A stretch of 64,000 bases of DNA from a virus (Duplodnaviria; Caudoviricetes), in the IMG/VR virus record IMGVR_UViG_3300031867_000049, positions 274-64,273 of that record; one strand, 5' to 3'. Position numbers and translations under genes: made by a program. The notes below the pieces were generated by a model. The model searched no databases. It was not told the origin of the DNA and saw only the letters and a program-made list of their open reading frames with translations. Within the stretch, counting starts at the first letter, position 1, and the number at the start of each line of letters is the position of its first letter. Positions 57,401-64,000 of the stretch are shown piece after piece.

Positions 57401-58228
57401 CTATTTGATGGAAAGTTAAAGCCGTATCTTAAAGATAAAGACCAGGCTAAAAGATTGGCATATGCATTAAAGATAGCTATCAATTCTGTATACGGATTAA
57501 CCGCTGCCAAATTCGACAATAAATTAAGAGATCCTCGTAATGTAGATAATATCGTTGCAAAGCGAGGAGCTTTATTTATGGTCAATTTGAAAGAGGAGGT
57601 CCAGAAACGTGGATACACAGTCGCTCATATTAAAACCGATTCTATTAAGATTCCAAATGCCGATCAAAAGATTATTGATTTTGTTATGGAATATGGTAAG
57701 AAATATGGCTATACATTCGAGCATGAAGCAACATATGACAGAATGTGTCTTATCAATAAATCCGTATATATTGCCAAAGATGCAGCAGATGGGCATTGGT
57801 CAGCTACTGGTGCACAGTTCCAAGTACCATATGTCTTTAAAACATTATTCAGTCACGAGCCGATTGAGCTTAAGGATAAATGCGAAACCAAAACTGTTAC
57901 TTCTGCTTTGTATTTGGATATGAATGAAGAACTTGGTGAAGGCGAACATAATTATCAATTCGTTGGAAAAGCTGGTTCATTCTGTCCGATTAAACCGGGA
58001 TGCGGTGGCGGATTATTAATGCGTGAATCTGAAGGCAAATTTGATGCGGCAACAGGAACTAAAGGATATCGCTGGCTCGAATCTGAAACAGTGCAAGCAT
58101 TAAATAAAGAAGATGACATTGACGTATCTTATTATAACAAACTAGTTGATGAAGCTGTTTATGTTATTTCCAAATATGGAGATGCAGAATGGTTTATTTA
58201 TAGTGACGATGATGAAAGGAGCAACTAA
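54425..58228 (+). CDS. SF3 helicase - AEP primase - 3'-5' exonuclease - family B DNA polymerase fusion
   Basis: GSAGTGKST; IVIDFD and SKGGAGIHLHY; FFDVE, GFNN..YD, YCANDV; DIASMHPNS, KIAINSVYG, IKTDS. Confidence 0.9.
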   Translation: MYDFFKICTKEVEKRGRLESVTIYPKFIINGRSKDLMIRGGDFYAVWDVDAGLWSTEEDTVSEIIDREIRKTVEELKNKYPETVKIVPQYMWDSDSGSIDKWHKYVQKQLRDRYVQLDNKVIFQNTDVKKEDYASKKLGYSIVESEIPAYDELMSTLYSDDERAKLEWAIGSIINGDSKHIQKFIVLYGSAGTGKSTVLNIIQELFDGYCATFNAKSLASSNNDFALEDFKSNPLIAIQHDGDLSRIADNTKLNSIVSHETMVVNEKFKSKYSAKFDSFIFMGTNKPVKITEARSGLLRRLIDVRPTGEKLSFTKYNRLTKAIKYELGGIAYHCLKVYEDMGEDYYNSYIPKDMMSVTNDFYDFIDEYLDQFMVKDPMLLTWAWTKYKEYCESANISYPMPRKNFKEELKNYYKRYDDRTRIDGEYNRNVYSDFKYNMFIGGTEKKQEVDSEFELKEQPSIFDSYCSGCPAQYASKRETPLKKWDDVTTKLEDIDTSQLHYVKLPENHIVIDFDLKDDNGEKCFEKNLKAISNWPATYAEVSKGGAGIHLHYIYDGDTSKLSSIFAPNIEVKTFLGKSSLRRKLTKCNNLPIAHINSNLPLKEEKVVNYDIVKDEKHLRNIIKKCLKKENHGATAPEIDLIKKVLDDAYNSGMEYDVSDMKQNVMAFAIKSTHQAQKCMKQVRNMHFMSEDKEVEATSLSDNQYKSDKLVFFDVEVFPNFFGVCWKFEDDEHVTKMFNPTPEEIRDILDYKLVGFNNRRYDNHILYARLQGFSNAELFNLSQRIVDKGDKNAFFREAYNLSYTDIYDFAATKQSLKKWEIELGIHHQELGMKWDEPVPEEMWDLVMDYCANDVIATEAVFKHLSADFEAREILCAITGSSLNTTTNQNTTKLIVGNDKNPQSSFVYTDLSEIFPGYTFENGKSIYKGEEVGEGGYVYSEPGMYTNIALLDIASMHPNSAINLNIFGPYTKNFQELVNARLYIKHGDYDSAGKLFDGKLKPYLKDKDQAKRLAYALKIAINSVYGLTAAKFDNKLRDPRNVDNIVAKRGALFMVNLKEEVQKRGYTVAHIKTDSIKIPNADQKIIDFVMEYGKKYGYTFEHEATYDRMCLINKSVYIAKDAADGHWSATGAQFQVPYVFKTLFSHEPIELKDKCETKTVTSALYLDMNEELGEGEHNYQFVGKAGSFCPIKPGCGGGLLMRESEGKFDAATGTKGYRWLESETVQALNKEDDIDVSYYNKLVDEAVYVISKYGDAEWFIYSDDDERSN

Positions 58229-58722
58229 TGGAAAATAATCAGACTATTACAATTTGGGATGCTAAGCTTTATTTCAAGAACTTTGCAGGTGCAGAAGGTA
58301 GATATAACCAGAAAGGAGACAGAAACTTTGGAGTATTCATCGATGATGAAACAGCAAAGCAGCTTGAAGAAGATGGATGGAATGTAAAATACACAAAGCC
58401 GAATGAGGATGGATATCAGAGGCCTTATCTCAAAGTTAAGGTGAGCTATAAGGGTTATCAGAAGCCTAGACTTTATCTCGAGGATGAAGAAGGGCATAAG
58501 GTAATACTCAAAGAAGAAGATGTTGCAGACCTCGATGAGTATGTGTTTGACAAAATCGATCTTAAGATTCGCCATGCATATCTTAAGAATTATGATGTGT
58601 GGACACAGTATCTTGATAAAGGATATTTCGTAATGGTTGAAGACGAGATTGATAAGGCTCATGGAAATAATCCTGCAATGTCAGGTCCTATCGAAGACGA
58701 TCTGGATGACATTCCATTTTAG
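58228..58722 (+). CDS. ssb: Single-stranded DNA-binding protein
   Basis: FKNFAG...GDRNF; acidic C-terminus DDLDDIPF. Confidence 0.8.
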   Translation: MENNQTITIWDAKLYFKNFAGAEGRYNQKGDRNFGVFIDDETAKQLEEDGWNVKYTKPNEDGYQRPYLKVKVSYKGYQKPRLYLEDEEGHKVILKEEDVADLDEYVFDKIDLKIRHAYLKNYDVWTQYLDKGYFVMVEDEIDKAHGNNPAMSGPIEDDLDDIPF

Positions 58723-58725
58723 GAG

Positions 58726-59925
58726 GTGAAAACGGTGTCCGTAGAATTATATGAACACCAAAAGCTCGCAGTTCCTAAATTAAAAAATGGATCAATATTA
58801 TGTGGCGGGGTCGGCTCTGGTAAATCCAGAACGGCCCTTGCCTATTTTTTGGAAAAGGAATTGGATGGATCATTAGAAACATTAAAAGTAAAAAAGCATA
58901 AAGACTTATATATAATAACTACTGCTAGAAAAAGAGATACTAATGAATGGCTTGATGAATGTACTCCGTTCGAATTTCCAAAAGAAATAAACATAGTTAT
59001 TGATTCTTGGAATAACATAAGAAAATATACTAATGTGTGCAATGCCTTTTTTATTTTCGATGAGCAACGAGTAGTTGGATATGGAGCATGGACAAAAGCA
59101 TTCTTGCAAATAACAAAAAAAAATCGATGGATTTTACTTAGTGCAACTCCTGGCGATACATGGTCTGACTATATTCCGGTGTTTATTGCAAATGGGTTCT
59201 ATAAGAATAAAACAGAATTTGTAAGAAGACATATTGTGTATAATCGCTTTTCTAAATTTCCAAAAGTTGATAGATACCTTGATACTGGGAGACTTATGAA
59301 ATTAAGAAAAGACATTTTGGTTAATATGAAATTTATGAAACCGACACAGGTTCATCATAAAACATTAATAGCCAAATATGACACAGCAGCATATTCTTAT
59401 GTGACAACCGAAAGAAAGAACTATTACACAAAAGAGCCATTTAAGAATATGGGAGCGCTTTGTTTGAATTTAAGACAAATAGTGAATTCCGATCAAGACA
59501 GGGTTGCGCTTCTTAGAATGCTTATTTTGCAAAATCCAAAAGTAATTGTTTTTTATAACTTTGATTATGAGTTAGAAATACTAAGAGAATTAGGAAAAGA
59601 GCTTGAAATTAAAACTGCTGAATGGAATGGGCATATTCATGAGCCGATACCAGATGAGAAATATTCTGAGTGGATGTATTTAGTTCAGTATACTGCCGGA
59701 GCCGAAGGGTGGAATTGTATAGAAACGAATGTCATAATTTTTTATTCACAAAACTATTCTTATAAAATAATGACTCAGGCGGCCGGAAGAATAGATAGAT
59801 TAAATACTCCATTTTCAGACTTGTATTATTATCATCTACGTTCTAATTCGAGCATAGATATTTCAATCATGCGGGCTTTAAGGAAAAAGAAAAATTTTAA
59901 TGCAAGCGGTTTTTCATTAGATTAA
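58726..59925 (+). CDS. SF2 (SNF2/DEAD-like) helicase
   Basis: GGVGSGKS, FDEQR, LSATPG, QAAGRIDR. Confidence 0.9.
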   Translation: MKTVSVELYEHQKLAVPKLKNGSILCGGVGSGKSRTALAYFLEKELDGSLETLKVKKHKDLYIITTARKRDTNEWLDECTPFEFPKEINIVIDSWNNIRKYTNVCNAFFIFDEQRVVGYGAWTKAFLQITKKNRWILLSATPGDTWSDYIPVFIANGFYKNKTEFVRRHIVYNRFSKFPKVDRYLDTGRLMKLRKDILVNMKFMKPTQVHHKTLIAKYDTAAYSYVTTERKNYYTKEPFKNMGALCLNLRQIVNSDQDRVALLRMLILQNPKVIVFYNFDYELEILRELGKELEIKTAEWNGHIHEPIPDEKYSEWMYLVQYTAGAEGWNCIETNVIIFYSQNYSYKIMTQAAGRIDRLNTPFSDLYYYHLRSNSSIDISIMRALRKKKNFNASGFSLD

Positions 59926-59948
59926 CATTTACAAGGCTTCTTTCAAAA

Positions 59949-59976
59949 TTCGCGCGAAAAACAAGGACTCTAATAG
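59949..59976 (+). promoter_or_regulatory. Phage promoter motif copy 20
   Basis: TTCGCG-cgaaaa-ACA-aggactc-TAAT|AG. Confidence 0.7.
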
Positions 59977-60005
59977 AAGGAGAAGAGTAACTCCTTCTTT
60001 TTTTT
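59975..60005 (+). terminator. Terminator/attenuator beginning exactly at predicted +1
   Basis: AGAAGGAG-aagagtaa-CTCCTTCT + T7. Confidence 0.8.
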
Positions 60006-60023
60006 GTGCGAAAGGAGTAACCA

Positions 60024-60317
60024 ATGGCTAAAGAAAATAAATTTCAAGCCAATCTTATTAAGGAATTAGAAAAAGAATTTCCAGGATCTATTATTACAAA
60101 ATTAGATCCTAATCATATCCAAGGAATTCCAGATCTTTTAATTCTTTATAAAGATAAATGGGCAACTCTTGAATGTAAGAAGTCATCTAATGCTAAACAT
60201 CAGCCAAATCAGGATGACTATGTGGAGAGAATGAATGAGATGTCATTCTCTTCTTTTATTTGTCCTGAAAATAAGGAGGAAGTATTAAATGAACTTCAAC
60301 ACGCATTACGAGATTAA
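60024..60317 (+). CDS. VRR-NUC-like PD-(D/E)XK nuclease (Holliday junction resolvase-like)
   Basis: GIPDLLIL...LECK...Q. Confidence 0.85.
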   Translation: MAKENKFQANLIKELEKEFPGSIITKLDPNHIQGIPDLLILYKDKWATLECKKSSNAKHQPNQDDYVERMNEMSFSSFICPENKEEVLNELQHALRD

Positions 60318-60846
60318 AGATAAGCATGCGTTTTTGAGTCCAAGCAAACATTACTGGATCAATTGGGATATCGAAAAATTAAGAACTTCATTTAAAAATG
60401 CTCAAGCTGCAGAAAGAGGGACAAGACTTCATGCGTTAGCAGCAGAATGCATTTCCCTTGGCGTAAAACTGCAAAACAACAAAACAACTTTGAGCATGTA
60501 TGTAAATGATGCGCTTGGCTACAAAATGACTGCTGAAGTTCCATTATTTTATTCTTCAAACTGTTTTGGTCATGCTGATGCTTTGTCATTCAATCGAAAG
60601 TTATTAAGGATTTTCGATTTAAAAACGGGAACCGTGTCTCAAGGGTCAATGGATCAGCTTCTTATTTATGCTGCATTATTTTGCCTTGAATACCATATCG
60701 ATCCACGAACCATCAAATATGATTTACGAATTTACCAATTTGATAAAGCGGTCTGTTATGAACCAAGCGGCGAAGAAATAAATGAAATTATGGACATTAT
60801 TATCGAACTTGATACTTACCTTGAAGAAATGAAAGTTGAGGAGTAA
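60289..60846 (+). CDS. PD-(D/E)XK (Cas4/RecB-like) exonuclease
   Basis: AFLSPS..HW; GTRLH; AEVPL; GHADAL; IFDLKTG; QL.IYA. Confidence 0.8.
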   Translation: MNFNTHYEIKDKHAFLSPSKHYWINWDIEKLRTSFKNAQAAERGTRLHALAAECISLGVKLQNNKTTLSMYVNDALGYKMTAEVPLFYSSNCFGHADALSFNRKLLRIFDLKTGTVSQGSMDQLLIYAALFCLEYHIDPRTIKYDLRIYQFDKAVCYEPSGEEINEIMDIIIELDTYLEEMKVEE

Positions 60847-60848
60847 TT

Positions 60849-63596
60849 ATGGAAAAAGACGAATTAATGCACTATGGTACTCCTCGGCATTCTGGGAGAT
60901 ATCCGTGGGGCTCAGGAGAAAATCCTTATCAGCATAGTTATGGAGGTTTTTTAGGGCAATACGAATATTACAAGAAATCCGGTGAATTTAAGAATAATAC
61001 TGAAATTGCTCGTGCTATGGGTATGAGCACAACAGAATTCAGAGATAAGCTGTCTAATGCAAAATCTGAAAAAAGAGCTGCTGATAGAGCAAAAGCCATC
61101 GAATTACTAAATCAACAGAAAAATGCTTCTGCTGATGGAAAAGCCAATGTTTCACAAATTGCTCGAGAAATGGGCTTAAATGAGTCTTCAGTAAGAAATC
61201 TTTTGAAAGATACTCTTAATGAAAGAGCTCAAATTACTAAAAATACAGCAGAATTGCTAAAAAAGAACGTTGACGAAAAAAAGTATATCGATGTTGGTAC
61301 TGGCGTTGAAAATCATTTGGGAATAAGCCAAACAAAATTAAGAGCTGCTATAGATCAACTTAAATCTGAAGGCTATCACGTAGAAAATGTATATGTTGAG
61401 CAAGTAGGCACAGGAAAACAGACAACTGTTAAAGTGCTTGTTGGACCAAAATGCACATGGAGTGAAGTTAACAGAAATAAAGATCAAATACAGCTCATAA
61501 ATGGCTATTCTGAAGATAAAGGCAGAACTTTTCTTAATATTGAGCCTCCAGTAAGTGTCGATTCTAGCAGAATAAAAATTAATTATGATTCGCCTAAAGA
61601 TGGAGTAATTGAACTTCGAAGAGGTGTTGATGACATATCTTTAGGAAATGCTAGTTATGCACAAGTTCGAATTGCTGTAGATGGAACGCATTATTTAAAA
61701 GGAATGGCTATGTATTCCGATAATATGCCAAAAGGTGTTGACATTATGTTCAACACAAATAAGCATGAAGGAACGCCAATGATGGCACCAAATAAAGATG
61801 ATAAACAAGTATTAAAAATGCTTAAAACAAACAAAGACAATGTATTTGGTGCAACTATCAAAAATGATGAGGATGTTATTCTGACTCAAAGACACTATAT
61901 TGATAAAGATGGCGTTAGAAGACAGTCAGCAATAAACGTTGTTAATGAAGAAGGAGATTGGGGAAAATGGTCTAAGAGCCTATCTTCACAATTTCTTTCT
62001 AAACAATCGCCAATGCTAGCAAAAAAGCAGCTTGAAATAACATCAACACAGCAAAGAGCTGAATTAGATGAAATAAAGAGCCTTACGAATCCAGTAGTTA
62101 AACAAAAGCTACTGGATTCTTTTGCTAATGACTGTGATTCTAAAGCAGTACATTTAAAAGCAGCAAATTTACCAAGACAAGCAAGCCATGTAATTCTTCC
62201 TTTCCCTAATATGAAAGAGAATGAAGTATATGCTCCAAATTATAGAGATGGAGAAAACGTAGTCCTGATTCGTTATCCTCATGGAGGTAAATTTGAAATT
62301 CCACAGTTAAAAGTAAATAACAATAATAAAGAGGCTAGAAGTTTATTAGGAAATGCACCAGATGCTATTGGAATAAATCCAAAAGTAGCAGGTAAATTAT
62401 CTGGTGCTGACTTTGATGGTGATACAGTTCTTGTTATTCCTGTAAATAATAGAGTTAAAGTTCAAACACAGAATTCGCCAGCATTTAAAGCTCTTCAAAC
62501 CTTCGATCCACAAGAAAGTTATCCAGGATATGAAGGCATGAAGAAAATGACAGCCCATCAAAAGCAAATAGAAATGGGTAAAGTATCGAATCTTATTACA
62601 GATATGACACTTTACAGAGCTAGTGATGATGAAATAGTGCGCGCTGTTAAACATTCTATGGTAGTTATTGATGCTGAGAAGCATGGTCTTAACTGGAAGC
62701 AATCAGAAATAGATAATGGAATTCCTCAGCTTAAAAAGAAATACCAAGGAAAAGAAACTGGTGGTGCTGCCACTCTTATTTCGAGAGCCAAGTCTGAGTC
62801 AAGACCTAATGAAAGAAAAGAAATATTTAATACTAGCCGCATGACCCCTGAACAACTAGCTGATTGGAAGGCTGGTAAAAAAGTATATGTTGATACTGGT
62901 AAATCATATGTGGATAAAAATGGAAATACTGTCGTTCGTAAAACAAAATCCACACAGATGGCAGAGACAGATGACGCATATAAAATAACAAGCGGGGGGT
63001 CTAAAAATAATCCAGGCACAGTTATGGAGTCTATATACGCCCAGCACGCCAATACCCTCAAGGGGATGGCGGATGAGGCACGCCGGGAGTCAAGGTCTAT
63101 AAAAGGAACGCCTTACAATCCTCAAGCAAAGAAAATATATGCTAACGAGGTGGCCTCCTTAGATGCTAAATTAGACCGGGCTATGAAAAATAAACCGTTA
63201 GAGAGACAGGCCCAGCTCATAGCAAATAAGACCATATCTGATCAGACTAAGGCCAATCCGGATATGTCTAAGGATGAGAAAAAAAGATTAAAACAGCAGG
63301 CCCTATCAGGGGCTAGATATAGAGTGGGTAAGGAGCCTTACACCATAAATATTACAGAAAAAGAATGGGATGCTATTCAATCTGGAGCTATTTCTAAGTC
63401 TAAACTCTCATCTATATTAGACAATGCGGATATGGATCAAGTTAAAAAATATGCAACTCCAAAACAATCAAAAGGATTATCACAAGCTAAAATAAGTAGA
63501 GCTAAAGCCTTACTTAATGCAGGCTTTACACAAGCAGAAGTCGCTGATGAATTAGGAATATCTACAACCACACTGTCGAGAAGTCTTAATAGTTAA
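60849..63596 (+). CDS. Putative single-chain two-barrel DNA-dependent RNA polymerase with HTH domains and LMH|YG leader
   Basis: VLIRYP (R475), IGINPKVAGKLSGADFDGD (D521-D525), YAQVRI...LKG (K284); HTHs at ~aa50-66, ~100-119, ~893-913. Confidence 0.8.
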   Translation: MEKDELMHYGTPRHSGRYPWGSGENPYQHSYGGFLGQYEYYKKSGEFKNNTEIARAMGMSTTEFRDKLSNAKSEKRAADRAKAIELLNQQKNASADGKANVSQIAREMGLNESSVRNLLKDTLNERAQITKNTAELLKKNVDEKKYIDVGTGVENHLGISQTKLRAAIDQLKSEGYHVENVYVEQVGTGKQTTVKVLVGPKCTWSEVNRNKDQIQLINGYSEDKGRTFLNIEPPVSVDSSRIKINYDSPKDGVIELRRGVDDISLGNASYAQVRIAVDGTHYLKGMAMYSDNMPKGVDIMFNTNKHEGTPMMAPNKDDKQVLKMLKTNKDNVFGATIKNDEDVILTQRHYIDKDGVRRQSAINVVNEEGDWGKWSKSLSSQFLSKQSPMLAKKQLEITSTQQRAELDEIKSLTNPVVKQKLLDSFANDCDSKAVHLKAANLPRQASHVILPFPNMKENEVYAPNYRDGENVVLIRYPHGGKFEIPQLKVNNNNKEARSLLGNAPDAIGINPKVAGKLSGADFDGDTVLVIPVNNRVKVQTQNSPAFKALQTFDPQESYPGYEGMKKMTAHQKQIEMGKVSNLITDMTLYRASDDEIVRAVKHSMVVIDAEKHGLNWKQSEIDNGIPQLKKKYQGKETGGAATLISRAKSESRPNERKEIFNTSRMTPEQLADWKAGKKVYVDTGKSYVDKNGNTVVRKTKSTQMAETDDAYKITSGGSKNNPGTVMESIYAQHANTLKGMADEARRESRSIKGTPYNPQAKKIYANEVASLDAKLDRAMKNKPLERQAQLIANKTISDQTKANPDMSKDEKKRLKQQALSGARYRVGKEPYTINITEKEWDAIQSGAISKSKLSSILDNADMDQVKKYATPKQSKGLSQAKISRAKALLNAGFTQAEVADELGISTTTLSRSLNS

Positions 63597-63673
63597 GAAG
63601 AAATATGCAGTGACTAAGTATGTACCTATGAGAACAATGGACAGTCGAATGAATCAAATGAAAGGAAAGTTTT

Positions 63674-63931
63674 ATGGCTTCAATGTTAACAACGATTGAC
63701 AATCCTTTTAATCCTTTCACTCAATACGATGAATGGTTCCAGTTTGATGAAGAAAAAGGTTACCATACGGCTCAGTTTCTTGCAAAGATTGCAAAGACTT
63801 CATCGAACATGAGTGATTCTGATTATGAAAAGGAAGTTGAGCGAGCAATAGATGAGATTGTTAAGTTTAATGTTCGCGGAATTGATAAGAAAGTTTCTGA
63901 TAATTCTGAAACGATATCAAATAAGGCATAG
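63674..63931 (+). CDS. Conserved small phage protein
   Basis: MLTTIDNPFNPFTQYDEW...GY.T...LA.IA..S. Confidence 0.75.
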   Translation: MASMLTTIDNPFNPFTQYDEWFQFDEEKGYHTAQFLAKIAKTSSNMSDSDYEKEVERAIDEIVKFNVRGIDKKVSDNSETISNKA

Positions 63932-63934
63932 GGT

Positions 63935-63997
63935 CTAAAATTTTAGGGGTAGAGGGGGGTATCTGTCAAAACACCCCCCTCCCTGCATCGCGGCCCT
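63935..63997. other. Candidate cos/packaging region
   Basis: Palindrome CTAAAATTTTAG, 9-bp G/C inverted repeat 63952-63981, GC-rich 9-mer CGCGGCCCT; lies just upstream (circularly) of terS and HNH. Confidence 0.4.
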
Positions 63998-64000
63998 CTT

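Larger units (their letters stand above)
1..64000. mobile_element. Near-complete temperate siphovirus genome (Firmicutes host likely)
   Basis: Contiguous terminase-portal-protease/capsid-tail-lysis-integrase-early-replication modules; no host housekeeping genes seen. Confidence 0.95.

Noticed and set aside
46150-58228. 2-aminoadenine or 7-deazaguanine modified genome
   Set aside because: Only the DUF5664-like domain is present; no PurZ, DatZ or Que/Dpd genes recognised
547-63061. Numerous minus-strand and alternate-frame ORFs in the track
   Set aside because: They shadow well-supported plus-strand genes, lack RBSs and show no motifs
60849-63596. RNA-dependent RNA polymerase function
   Set aside because: The motifs are shared with cellular RdRPs, but three HTHs, a dsDNA phage context and a matching DNA promoter array favour DNA-dependent activity
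1-64000. Alternative genetic code or stop-codon reassignment
   Set aside because: Genes tile densely and known domains are uninterrupted under the standard code

Overview
This window is an essentially complete (~64 kb) AT-rich siphovirus genome, probably from a Firmicutes host (strong AGGAGG RBSs). It starts inside the probable terminase small-subunit gene and ends at a candidate cos site. Gene order: packaging/head (0-8.2 kb), tail and fibres (8.2-28.7 kb), lysis and adhesin-like genes (28.7-33.6 kb), tyrosine integrase (the only well-supported minus-strand gene) plus excisionase, ~20 kb of small early genes, a candidate iteron origin, a 1267-aa helicase-primase-PolB fusion, SSB, SF2 helicase, two nucleases and a 915-aa protein. 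The main result is a three-part system inferred from the sequence. (1) The 915-aa protein carries two-barrel RNA polymerase motifs (RYP...GADFDGD, QVR...KG) and three HTHs. (2) A non-sigma70 motif, YTCGCA-N6-ACA-N7-DWDT|R, occurs 20 times with invariant spacing; its predicted +1 coincides with the first base of an RBS, a tRNA-like RNA or a terminator hairpin at many sites. (3) The polymerase begins with an L-x-H|YG leader shared with three basic head-region proteins, and L-x-H recurs at the domain junctions of the protease-scaffold-capsid polyprotein and in the portal. Together these suggest a protease-matured, virion-packaged RNA polymerase that transcribes an array of terminator-promoter-RBS-ORF cassettes. 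No searches were run; family names come from recognised motifs and memory.
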